Source: Opitutales bacterium (GTDB lineage: Bacteria; Verrucomicrobiota; Verrucomicrobiia; Opitutales; JABSRG01). From it: a DNA stretch of 64,000 nt. Position 1 is the stretch's first letter. The number at the start of each line of letters is the position of its first letter. The notes under the pieces were generated by a model, which saw nothing but the letters and a program-made list of their open reading frames with translations, did no database searches and was not told the DNA's origin. Where the stretch lies: positions 1-64,000 of the forward strand of contig JBMYOQ010000003.1 of the NCBI GenBank assembly GCA_049599475.1, read 5' to 3'. Of the stretch, positions 9,330-22,324 are shown piece after piece. Made by a program: the position numbers and the translations under genes.

Positions 9330-11420
9330 TTATTCGAAAAACTCTACAAGGGGGTATTCGCCGAGGGCGCTGAGGACATACCAAGAGCTCGTGCCGCCAC
9401 TATCGTTGTTACCCGGAAGCCCGTGTGGGCCCGTTCCGAATTGGTAGCGGAGAACGCCCTCGATGACCTCTTGCTCGCGCTCGGGTTTGTTTGTCCAGCG
9501 GTAGGCGTAAGGCGCCTCCATGTCGCATTCGTTGTTGAGGCCTTCGAAGCGCTCTTCGCGTTTGAGGCGTTTGAACTCGGAGCCGGGATTTGTATTCACA
9601 ATACCCGCAGCGACATCCTCGAAGCCCATGAAGGTCTCGAGTAATTTGGTGAAAGCAGCTTTACCCCCAGCGAGCTCTACGCGCTCGGCCATGCCGTAAT
9701 GCGGGCGGAAGGAGTAATTCCATTTGGTGCCTTCGTAATATTTTTCGTCCTTGAGCAATCCGGTGCTGGGATCGTATGCCTTCTTCCACAATTCCCGCAT
9801 CGGCGCGTATTTTTCAAACGTAGCGGAATCTCCGATACCTTTAGCGATGAAGCAGATACCTGCAAAAGCTGATGTCACATCCAATGTGTGCGAATAAGGA
9901 AGCCCCGCGATACGGCCTGTGTTGATCACCTCCTGCACGCGTTCTTGGGCGGCGAAAGCGTCGGCTTGCTTTAAAATACGGGGCCAGTCAATTCCTGGCA
10001 CGCCGGTGCGGTAGGCATCGGCCAAGACAACCCATTCGATTCCCGTTGCTTGATCGCGGAAACGGTTGAATCCCTTCTCCGTAGTTTTCATGTAGCCGCA
10101 GGGGAACTGCCCGTGCGTTTCCATGGCGAGCATCATGGTCTCGACAATCGGAGTCGCGCGCTCTGGATAATAGCGAAACACGAGCGGGAGTTGTGTTTTA
10201 TAAAGATCCCAAAGTGTCGAGAAATCTGTGACAAACGGAGACTCCTGCCACCAAGGGCTCTCATCCATGCAAATGCTGGGCTTCGTGAGCGAGTGATAAA
10301 GGTTGGAGTAAAACAACTCTTCCTCTCGGGCATCCTTCGCCTCGTAGGGAATGCGCTCGAGGGCCTCTGTCCATTCGGTTTGAGCTGCGGCGAGAGCGGC
10401 ATCAAAATTGGCCGGTGCTTCGGCTAGGTTTTTCTCAGCCTGCTCGAGGGAGCGGAAAGAGAATGCGACTTTGACATTCACCGTCTCGGCGTTGAGGTCC
10501 ATTACGTAGTCGACATAAAAAGGCTTAGGCTTGCGGCGGATTTTATTCGCCAGCATTTCTCCCTGCGAATCGGACACTTTGATCTTCGGATCGCCGTCGC
10601 CATAATAAGCACCCTCGCCGCCTCCAGAGACTTCTAGGACGTAATAATACGGAAAGCCCTCGTCCTGAAACATGCCACCGATGCGGCCGGGCCCCATCTC
10701 TTTCGAGCTCAAATAGTGCACTTTTTCCCGCTCATTGCCGATGCCCCCCGAGGTGAGCTCAATGAGCAGTTTGGGATCCGCAAACCCTGCAGGGAGCGTG
10801 TAGCGGTGATAGGCAACCTTATTGGAAGTCGTGATCTCCGCGCTGACCCCGGAGTCGCTGAAGGTCGCTGCGTAATAACCGGGCGAGGCCTTGATACCGC
10901 TGAGCTTGTGCAGCTTTTCACGATTGTCTTTAGAATATCCTGACAAAGGCATGACTCTCAGGAAATTATAGTAACTGAGAATGGCCCCGGTTCCCGACTG
11001 CTGAAAATGGGTAAATCCGAAGGCTGCATCGCGCAGCTTTTCTTGATATTTTGCCGGTCCCGCGGTGGTCTTTTTATTATAACCGGCACCCGTTGGATAG
11101 GCCTTGGTGTAAGGCACTACGGATACCATGCCAAAGGGCAATTGCGGCCCGGGGTGCGTATTGCCGGTTTGTGCCTTTTCCCAATTCCAGGCAGCGGCAA
11201 TGCCTTGTGGCGGCGGGAGATCCACACCCGCTTGACCATAAAAGACGTCGACTGAATCGAGGATATTGGCCGAGGCGATGGAAGTGGCGAGGACGGCCGG
11301 AAGTATCCTTTGTAAAACGGATGCTCGGCTGACGCGCTTATGCCGACTCGGTGAGCCAGCGCTACCATTTTGATACACGCTAGGGACGGCATCTCTCAGT
11401 TTTGATAATGAAAATAGCAT
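9330..11420 (-). CDS. Glycoside hydrolase family 92 (alpha-mannosidase-like), short C-terminus
   Basis: GNTHPGPQLPFGMV, GFTHFQQSGTG, ASPGYY, LWDLYKTQLPL, YYEGTKWNYSF, GLPGNNDSGGTSSWYVLSALG. Confidence 0.88.
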   Translation of the reverse strand: MLFSLSKLRDAVPSVYQNGSAGSPSRHKRVSRASVLQRILPAVLATSIASANILDSVDVFYGQAGVDLPPPQGIAAAWNWEKAQTGNTHPGPQLPFGMVSVVPYTKAYPTGAGYNKKTTAGPAKYQEKLRDAAFGFTHFQQSGTGAILSYYNFLRVMPLSGYSKDNREKLHKLSGIKASPGYYAATFSDSGVSAEITTSNKVAYHRYTLPAGFADPKLLIELTSGGIGNEREKVHYLSSKEMGPGRIGGMFQDEGFPYYYVLEVSGGGEGAYYGDGDPKIKVSDSQGEMLANKIRRKPKPFYVDYVMDLNAETVNVKVAFSFRSLEQAEKNLAEAPANFDAALAAAQTEWTEALERIPYEAKDAREEELFYSNLYHSLTKPSICMDESPWWQESPFVTDFSTLWDLYKTQLPLVFRYYPERATPIVETMMLAMETHGQFPCGYMKTTEKGFNRFRDQATGIEWVVLADAYRTGVPGIDWPRILKQADAFAAQERVQEVINTGRIAGLPYSHTLDVTSAFAGICFIAKGIGDSATFEKYAPMRELWKKAYDPSTGLLKDEKYYEGTKWNYSFRPHYGMAERVELAGGKAAFTKLLETFMGFEDVAAGIVNTNPGSEFKRLKREERFEGLNNECDMEAPYAYRWTNKPEREQEVIEGVLRYQFGTGPHGLPGNNDSGGTSSWYVLSALGEYPLVEFFE
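11326..11397. repeat. Two REP-derived segments inside the GH92 5' coding region
   Basis: Reverse complement of 11326-11366 matches 18924-18964 at 34/41 nt. 11378-11397 matches 6468-6487 at 16/20 nt. Confidence 0.8.
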
Positions 11421-11430
11421 ATTTGTAATT

Positions 11431-14619
<3,189 letters not shown>

Positions 14620-14901
14620 TTAATGGGGGGAATATTCTTGATTCTTTAAATCTTACTACTGCTTAACCACATAAAATGCAAATGTTTTCATTTTATCTGT
14701 ATTTTTTTAAAAAAATCTTGGATAAAAGCGTTACTGTAAGAAACTCCCCCAATGTAAATAATCTCAGAATAAGAGTTTTCACGCAGCATCCTCCCGATTC
14801 AGCCCACTCCAAATACGCGACTTAAATAAAGAATACAGACCTTCAGCCCGACTGACTTCAGGTGAGCTGCGATTTCCCAAAATCCTAACCGAGCAAATTT
14901 T

Positions 14902-16428
14902 ATGATTAGCAAAACATTTCTAAAACTCACTGCATGCTTATTCATCTGCAGCTCAGCCCTTCAAGCCGCCCCGAATTTTCTCATCATAACTGCAGATGAT
15001 ATGAACTGGGACAGCGTGGGCGCCTACGGTTGCACGCTCCCGGATACGACCCCCAATATCGACCGTCTCGCACAAGAGGGCATTCTCTATGATCAAGCCC
15101 ATGTTGCGAGCACAGCCTGTATGCCTTCGCGAAACGCCATCAATACCGGGCGCTTCCCCCACCGCAGCGGCGGAGAAGGATTCCAGCACCTGCGCTTCCC
15201 CGATGTACCGACCATCCCGGCCGTGCTTCACGAGGCTGGATATTTCGTAGGCATCCTAGGCAAGGTGAACCACAGCACGCCCTACAAAGACACGCCTTGG
15301 GACTTTGCCGAAGAGATTGGACGCAATACCGAGCAATTTTACACAAAATCAAAGGGAGTCATTGAAACCGCACAAGCGGCCGGAAAGCCCTTCTACTTGA
15401 TTGTCAACTCGCACGATCCTCACCGCCCCTACTTTAAGCATCAAAACAAAGACAAGGCCCCGGTACCCCGAAATGGCAAAGCACCCAACTCCATACCGAG
15501 TCGCGTATTCATGCCGGATGAAGTGCCTGTCCCCGAGGATTTTCCGGATCACCCGGAAATCCGCTATGAGCTCGCAGACTACTTTTCAACGGTTCGTCGC
15601 TGCGACGATGTGGTCGGCCGCATGATGGACTTGGTCAACGATCTCGGTATCGCTGACAATACGATCGTAATGTTCCTTTCCGACCACGGTATGGCCACCC
15701 CCACGGCCAAGTCCAACGCCTACCAAGACAGCACCCGCACCCCCTTCATCATTCGCTGGCCCGGCAAGACCCCCGCGGGCATGGTCTACGATAAGAGCTT
15801 CGTCTCAGCCCTCGACATTTTCCCTACCCTGCTCGACGCCGCCGACATTCCCAATCCAGGCGACATGGACGGCGTAAGCCTGCTCCCGACGTTTCAAGGA
15901 GAAGCCCTCCCAGAGCGCGACACTTGGGTGACAGCCTACTACGCTTCCATTGCCAGGAACCAATTCAATATGCGCACACGCCTCGACGGTCGCTATAGCT
16001 ACACCTTCAATCCATTCTACACCGGCGAGCCCACCTACCGCTCCTCAGCTCTCGGCGGGCGCGTATTCCGCACAATGTATGAAGTCGGAAAAACGGATCC
16101 CGAGTGGAAGGCCCGCGCGGAATTCATCGTAACGCGCACCCCCGAGGAGCTATACGATCTAGAAAAAGACCCCAAGGGCCTCAACAACCTGATCGACAAT
16201 CCAGAATACGCCGAACTGATCGAAGAGAATCGCAAAGCAATGCGCGCCTGGATGGTGAAGACCGAGGACCCCATCGTGCAGACCTTCGACGCCTACACAG
16301 AAGACTTTTCCCCAGATAGCCTCATAGAGACCTATTCCAGCAACCTAGCAGAGTCCGGCATGATCGGAAAAGCCCCCAGAACCTTCGATCCCTCCAAGTC
16401 CAAAAAGGACCGTAAGAAAAAGAAGTGA
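14902..16428 (+). CDS. Sulfatase (Cys-type, N-sulfoglucosamine sulfohydrolase-like)
   Basis: Signal peptide, PNFLIITADD, CMPSR, HDPHRP, SDHG, EELYDLEKDP. Confidence 0.92.
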   Translation: MISKTFLKLTACLFICSSALQAAPNFLIITADDMNWDSVGAYGCTLPDTTPNIDRLAQEGILYDQAHVASTACMPSRNAINTGRFPHRSGGEGFQHLRFPDVPTIPAVLHEAGYFVGILGKVNHSTPYKDTPWDFAEEIGRNTEQFYTKSKGVIETAQAAGKPFYLIVNSHDPHRPYFKHQNKDKAPVPRNGKAPNSIPSRVFMPDEVPVPEDFPDHPEIRYELADYFSTVRRCDDVVGRMMDLVNDLGIADNTIVMFLSDHGMATPTAKSNAYQDSTRTPFIIRWPGKTPAGMVYDKSFVSALDIFPTLLDAADIPNPGDMDGVSLLPTFQGEALPERDTWVTAYYASIARNQFNMRTRLDGRYSYTFNPFYTGEPTYRSSALGGRVFRTMYEVGKTDPEWKARAEFIVTRTPEELYDLEKDPKGLNNLIDNPEYAELIEENRKAMRAWMVKTEDPIVQTFDAYTEDFSPDSLIETYSSNLAESGMIGKAPRTFDPSKSKKDRKKKK

Positions 16429-16565
16429 TTCCGGTGGTGGGTGGTCTCAAAATGCCGGCAAGCTTAGTTTACGATCTAAGGCTCTAAGCCGTTCCTAAGA
16501 CGCAGGTTTTGCAGACGGTAATTAGGTTTTCAAAAGTGACTAGAAATCCCGCAATTAAGCTATTT

Positions 16566-16652
16566 GGTAGAGGCAGACCACTGGGCTGCCATGATTCGGC
16601 AATTGCCGAATTAGCTGACGCGCTGGTGACAACCCAGTGGTCCGTCTATACC
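16566..16652. repeat. 87-bp GTAG-type REPIN-like element
   Basis: ggtagaggcagaccactgggctgcc...gacaacccagtggtccgtctatacc. Spacer catgattcggc...gctgacgcgct is shared with other copies. Confidence 0.8.
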
Positions 16653-16785
16653 TTTTTGAAAACAACCCCAGTAACGCCGTCCTCGACTAGGGATAGATAA
16701 CAATTAAGGCCTCCGATATAATCGGGAATCTACGCGCTTATAATCATCCAGCTCCCGCTTCCGAAGTGCCCCGTATGGCAATGCT

Positions 16786-17793
16786 CTATTCGCTTTGATC
16801 ACGACTTTCAGACTCTGAGCCGGAACGGACCGCGATCACGCCCAGTTTGAGTTTTGTATTATAGTAATCTGTTGCAGTTGGAGGTTTTTCAAAGGATGGC
16901 AAGATGGAGGATTCGGGGCTGCCTAATGAAATCTGGGGTAAGTTCAGTTTCGGAATGTCTGCCGTGCGCTCGCTGAGTCCAATGCCTAGGCTATATGGAG
17001 AGATGCGGTAGCTTTGTGTCGACTCGGACAATAACATTGAAGTCACGACCGGAACTGCTGGGGCACTTGTCGAGTCATCTGAGCGATCATCCACCGTCTC
17101 CGATGGGGCTAAATCTGGATTCTGCGGTGTATCTGGATCTTCTGTGACTGGGTTTTCGGGTTCAGAGGGAGTCTCCGGAGTAGACACTGTTTCGTCTGGG
17201 GTTTCGCCCACACGATCATCGACGAAAGGCGCTGCCGATGAGTAATAAAAGACATTGCCGCTTCCTTCAGGATCCGAGCCGTAAGAGACTTCATATCTCT
17301 CACTGCCGCTTAATCCGCCCTTCTCGTGCGGTGATTCGTTATTCTCTGAATAGATAAGAAAACGAGCGTCCGTCGTCAGCGCGCTGGCTCCGGCATTGTT
17401 GATGAAGCTGCCTGCGTCGGCTACCAATGTGATATTATTTCCACTACCTGAGGTGACTATTGAAGTGCCCGAAGCCAGAGTCAGGTTGCCTTGCGTGAGG
17501 ATGGTGACGCTGTTTGAAAGCGTGCCGCTGAAGGTCCCGTCGATAGTCAACCCGCCGAATCCATCAACGAGGCTAAATGCCCCGCCCCTACTTACATTGC
17601 CGAGCGTGTTGATACTGTTGGCCGAGTTTTCCAGGGTATAGGTGCCTGAGCCTTGGAGCGTAAGAGTATCCGCTTGAAGGGCTGCTGTCTGCGTGACGGC
17701 GCCGTCTGTAATAAGCAACACATCGGCAGCGGTGCTGATCCCCGAGAGCGATCCTTCTATCACGACGCCGGCGAGCACAGACCGTTTCTCCAC
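16786..17793 (-). pseudogene. C-terminal fragment of a filamentous-hemagglutinin-like beta-helix adhesin
   Basis: G/S/T/L-rich repeats, FINNAGASAL..RFLIYS motif and Pro/Glu linker. No signal peptide or secretion domain. In-frame stop just upstream. Confidence 0.65.
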
Positions 17794-18865
17794 TGATCCT
17801 AGTCAGAATTTCCAAGACCAGGTCGAATACATGGATGTCTTGATCGGCGACCTGCTGACAAAGCTCGACGATCTCAACCTCACAAACTCCACACTCATCT
17901 TCTTCACCTCAGGAGGCGGGGTTGATCCTCAGATTTCGTATAATACACCTTCCGGTCTGCAAGTTGGACACAAGGGCTCCCTCAACAACGCAGCCTATCA
18001 TGCACCCCTGATCGCCTATGGCCCAACGACCATTCCAGCCGGAGTCGTAAACACCGACCTCATCGACACCGCAGACCTCCTTCCCACCTTAATCGCTTTC
18101 GCCAATCAACCCATCGACGCCTCAGCGATCGATGGAATTTCATTTTACCCTCAACTCAAGGGGCAAACTGGCACACCACGCCACGCCATTTACCAAACCT
18201 TCTATCCGGAAGATCCCAGCATGCTCGATACACTCGGCATGCACGCAGGCGATGCGGTTCGCTGGATCCAGAGTAAGGACTACAAACGCTACCTGAACGG
18301 ACCGGACACTTACTTTGACGCCCACGCCCTCCTTTTCGACATTGCTCAAGACCCTTTAGAAGCCTCGGCAATTGACCTCGCTACAGCCGGCAACCAAGAG
18401 CTCGCGACGGAAAGTGCCCTATTCGCCAACCTCGTAGAATGGCCACTCAATGAAAGCTCCCGAATTCTCCAAAACTGGCAGCGCACCCAATTTTCGGAAG
18501 CTCAGTTCATCCTAGGCTACAGCAATAAAACAACCGACTACGACAGCGACACCCTAGACAACTGGAGCGAATTCCTCCTAGGCACCTCTCAGACAAACGG
18601 AAGCGATGCCCCCCTACTCTTTACCATAGATACCCAGACCCACGAAGGCATCATCACCCACAAACGCCGCACCGACCTGCCCGTAGGTTATGCCGTGGAG
18701 CACAGCAATACGCTGGACCTAGGATCATGGAATAACATCACCGCGAGCCTAAATCACGAGTCTACGGTAGATCACTTGGACGGTACAGAGACGGTGATCC
18801 TGCGGACCAGCGGAGCCGTTTCTGGCGAAAGTGCCTTTTACAGGCTAACAGCGAGCGAAGAGTAA
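17790..18865 (+). pseudogene. C-terminal fragment of a sulfatase with C-terminal verrucomicrobial-type domain
   Basis: VEYMDVLIGDLL..LIFFTS, IDTADLLPTL, IDGISFYPQL, LFDIAQDPLE, YAVEHSNTLDLGSW..FYRL. Lacks the N-terminal DD and CxPxR motifs. Confidence 0.7.
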
Positions 18866-18923
18866 TCACTGGATGGTCACTACTAATCACGCTAATCTCA
18901 CGAATGTTAGGTGATTTGCGTTT

Positions 18924-19010
18924 GGTAGCGCTCGACCACCGGGCGGGCATAAGCGCGTCGGCCGTTGCGACTAAGGCCGAGTCATGCCGGCTCGGTGACC
19001 CGGCGCTACC
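18924..19010. repeat. 87-bp GTAG-type REPIN-like element
   Basis: ggtagcgctcgaccaccgggcgggcat...atgccggctcggtgacccggcgctacc inverted arms between convergent genes. Confidence 0.85.
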
Positions 19011-19090
19011 CATTATGAGACAGACACTCCGCATCCGCCTATTGCGTCTTAAGGCCCATTCGTGCTTTTAAAACCAGCCAGAAAGACTCC

Positions 19091-22000
19091 TTAGAAAATA
19101 ACAAAGATCACATCCATCTCGTTCAAGCGGATGGTATTCCCGTATACGCTATTGATTTGGATTTTCAGATATCTGCCTGTGGCCTCTCCTTCGAAGCCGA
19201 TCTTTTGCGCTTCCTCCATCGAGGCCTTGTCTAGTGTCCTGGTCGCTTGGATGTTTCCATCGGCATCGCGAACGGGGACAGGTTCGAGTGCTTTCAGATC
19301 GTTGCCAAGATAGACCTCGAAATTCTTGAGATTGGTCCGCGTGAGCAAAATCCCCTGTAAGGTGCGCTCTTCGCCCAAGTCGATGGTAATGTGATCACCT
19401 TGACCGGTGAATTTTCCGTTCCAGTTGGTAGCGGTATCGCCATCGATAGCCTGCCCTTCACTGCGTTTCCATGCATGGCTCACCTTTTTCACGGACGCTC
19501 CGAGGCTGAGCATAGTCGACTTATTACTCGCGTAGCGCAGCGCGTCGTTGAGGTCTGGTATGTTGGCCTCAACTTCAGGATCGAAGTCTTCGCTGTTCAT
19601 GTATTGCAACATTGATGACAACAACTGATGGGCAGCCGGGTTATCCGCCTTTTGCGCGAATAGGTCCGCCATACTCACAAGTAGTTTTCCGGGTCCGATC
19701 TTGTATTCGAAAATGAAGCCCAGTCTTCGATTTCGATTCCAGTCGTCAATCGGCTGCATGATCATTCCGTCAGATGGCAGATTTTCCATCGCCAAGCCAT
19801 AGGAACTATCGAGGATCTTTTCCCAATTCCAAGTTACATGGTTTTCTGTCGGAAACGTATTAAAGAGCGGATGCTCGTTTTCAATCAAGGCTCCCAAGGT
19901 GACTCGGTCGGTATTGTGTGAAAATAGGAATTTATTCCAATACACTGGGGTAAAGCTCAGGTTTGGGTGAGCGAGGCTATAATCGTGTGGCATGAGCAAA
20001 ACAGAGTCGCAGCGCGCCAATGCCGCCTCCATTTCGGCATTTACCTCGTTGAATACAGCAATGGCCCCGAGATCGACCTCGGGCTCATCCTCGCAGACAA
20101 TGAAGTCCCACGAATTCCAGGTGTCGGTGCCTTTCAACTTAAGGGTCAAGGTATAGTTCGCCGGAGCCTTGAAGCTCGCAAGATCCACGGAGAGGTCGCC
20201 CACCCGCGTGCGGCCACTCGATAGCGTGAGCTCATCAAATGCCCCAGATTTTATTACTGAACCGGAAGCATCTGTTATCTCCCAGATGAGGGTTTGGTTC
20301 GTTAAAGTGCCCTGTCCGAACCAGGCGTAAATGACGGGCGCAGTCAGGGTATCTGATTGCTCGAAGACATACGAGCTCATGCGGGCCAATGGAACGCTCC
20401 AGTTCCAGAAGCGGAAAAAGTCCTCTTTGGAAAAATAGCCCTTCTCGTCGAGAAATACATCGAGGTATCCGACCAATGACGTGCCTTGTCCTGAAAAATC
20501 GGATATGCCGAGGAGTTGCGTCCCGGCAATTCCCTCCGAAGCCAGCGCGGCCTCACAGTCTTCTTTGTAACAAAGCATCTGCAGCTTACCCGAAGCATGG
20601 AGGAAATCTTCCCACTGCGGCAGCACACCATTTTCCTCAGCTTGCTCCAAAAAGATTTCGAAATTCTTTGGCTTCAAAGGACCGGTGTATTTCACCATTT
20701 CTCCAAAATTTGGATACGCTGTCCACTGCCCGGGCTCATGTTGAATGAAGGGCAAAGTGTGTTTGGAATCGAAGCCTTTCCCCTTCCAGCCAGAGGGTCC
20801 GCGAGGCCGCGTGGTCAGGGTAAATTCGTCATGCTCGGACTGAATGGTATTCGCAGATGCAGTATGCAGCATGCGGTCATCGTAAGCCTTTAGGTCCTGA
20901 GTCAGCTGCGCGAGGAATGTGGAATTGGCCTCTCCGCGCCAGGGTTCGTTCCCGTGGGTGAAAAATATGAAAGACGGGTGATTACCATAGCGATCAATGA
21001 TGCGCTTACCCTCTTCAAGCACCCAGCCATCGAACGCCTTGTTCGATGGATCGCCCCAGATATGGATCTCCGGCAATAGATACATCCCAAGCTCATCTCC
21101 GGCTTCAAACGCGGCCTTGGGCGGACACCATGAGTGGAAACGCACGTGATTGATCCCCGACGCCTTCATCTTGCCTAGGTGTTCAAGCCAACTCGCTTTG
21201 TCCATCGGCGGATAGCCCGTCTTGGGGAAAATAGCGCAGTCCAAAGTGCCGCGCATAAAGGTCTCATAGCCATTGATAAGAAAGCGATTTCCGTCGACCT
21301 CGATTTTTCGCAAGCCCACTTGGAAGCTCTCCTCTTCTACGCCCCAATCCGTTTTTAGCGAGACCCCTAAGTCATGTAAAACAGGACTGAACTCACTCCA
21401 TAGCTTAGCATTTGAACCGAAGGAGACATTCGTTTTGAAAACGGATTCTCCGACCGGCGCACGCACGGTCTCTATTTTACCCCCTACATCAATGGTCGCT
21501 TCATGAGCCGAATTTGTAAGGTTTTCCAGAAGGACGCGCACGTCCGCGCTCCGGTCATCGGGCCGCGTCGTAATCTTCACATGCTTCAAATAGACAGGGC
21601 TTCTCCAGGACAGATCGAGGTCGCCAATTATACCATTCCACGCTCCCTGAGTTTCATCTGAAACGCTATGCGCACGACTACCGACAGGGAGCAGCAGTGT
21701 GTTATTCACCTTCACCACAGGGTTGTATTCCCCCGGCTTCAGATCTCGGCCCAAAGTATACACATGAGGTAGGCCAAGAGAGTTGTTGTCGCCGATTTTT
21801 TCCCCATTGAGCCAGACCGTGGTCGACCAATGCGGACGCTCGAGGCGCAAGATCAAATCCTTTCCAGCGGGCGCTTCCTCGAGTTGGATCGTTTTTTGAA
21901 ACCATGCATCGCCGATAAAGCGCCGCTCGGGCTGTAGGAAAAAGGGCACCTTGATATTATCGGGCTCGCGGTATTTATCATATTTTTCTGTAAACCAGAG

Positions 22001-22324
22001 GTGGTAGCCCGAGACACCCATCCATTCGGTATCCACGGTAACAGGCGAACCGAAGCCAGCATTTTGAATAGCATTCGGCAGATCAATTTTGTTCTCGAAA
22101 CGCGATTCCTCGTACCACGCTTCGCGGAGCCCCATAGGGTTCTTTTCATCATCTAGTCGCAGTGTCCACGTGCCCGCGAGCGCTACACCCTCGAGGCCCA
22201 CCGCTACACGTGCTTCGCCTGTAGCGACCGGGGGCACGTAGGCAGGCGCATACTCTGGGCGCGTAAACCCAGTCAGGACAAGTCCAGCTATAAGGACTGC
22301 GGTATTAGCAAAGATTCGTTTCAT
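19091..22324 (-). CDS. GH2-family glycoside hydrolase with C-terminal discoidin/CBM32-like domain
   Basis: LAGTWTL, LERPHW, AHSVSDETQGAWNGIIG, GINHVRFHSWCPP, HGNEP, QHEPGQW, AIDGDTATNW. Confidence 0.88.
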   Translation of the reverse strand: MKRIFANTAVLIAGLVLTGFTRPEYAPAYVPPVATGEARVAVGLEGVALAGTWTLRLDDEKNPMGLREAWYEESRFENKIDLPNAIQNAGFGSPVTVDTEWMGVSGYHLWFTEKYDKYREPDNIKVPFFLQPERRFIGDAWFQKTIQLEEAPAGKDLILRLERPHWSTTVWLNGEKIGDNNSLGLPHVYTLGRDLKPGEYNPVVKVNNTLLLPVGSRAHSVSDETQGAWNGIIGDLDLSWRSPVYLKHVKITTRPDDRSADVRVLLENLTNSAHEATIDVGGKIETVRAPVGESVFKTNVSFGSNAKLWSEFSPVLHDLGVSLKTDWGVEEESFQVGLRKIEVDGNRFLINGYETFMRGTLDCAIFPKTGYPPMDKASWLEHLGKMKASGINHVRFHSWCPPKAAFEAGDELGMYLLPEIHIWGDPSNKAFDGWVLEEGKRIIDRYGNHPSFIFFTHGNEPWRGEANSTFLAQLTQDLKAYDDRMLHTASANTIQSEHDEFTLTTRPRGPSGWKGKGFDSKHTLPFIQHEPGQWTAYPNFGEMVKYTGPLKPKNFEIFLEQAEENGVLPQWEDFLHASGKLQMLCYKEDCEAALASEGIAGTQLLGISDFSGQGTSLVGYLDVFLDEKGYFSKEDFFRFWNWSVPLARMSSYVFEQSDTLTAPVIYAWFGQGTLTNQTLIWEITDASGSVIKSGAFDELTLSSGRTRVGDLSVDLASFKAPANYTLTLKLKGTDTWNSWDFIVCEDEPEVDLGAIAVFNEVNAEMEAALARCDSVLLMPHDYSLAHPNLSFTPVYWNKFLFSHNTDRVTLGALIENEHPLFNTFPTENHVTWNWEKILDSSYGLAMENLPSDGMIMQPIDDWNRNRRLGFIFEYKIGPGKLLVSMADLFAQKADNPAAHQLLSSMLQYMNSEDFDPEVEANIPDLNDALRYASNKSTMLSLGASVKKVSHAWKRSEGQAIDGDTATNWNGKFTGQGDHITIDLGEERTLQGILLTRTNLKNFEVYLGNDLKALEPVPVRDADGNIQATRTLDKASMEEAQKIGFEGEATGRYLKIQINSVYGNTIRLNEMDVIFVIF

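Noticed and set aside
17693..17793. Genuine overlapping divergent genes
   Set aside because: The overlap is only stop-free run-through across the junction. Neither ORF has a plausible native N-terminus.
18762..19034. Small ORFs over REPINs (also 42-269, 6439-6687, 16509-16700)
   Set aside because: They are explained by stop-free repeats and antisense overlap, with no protein-family features.
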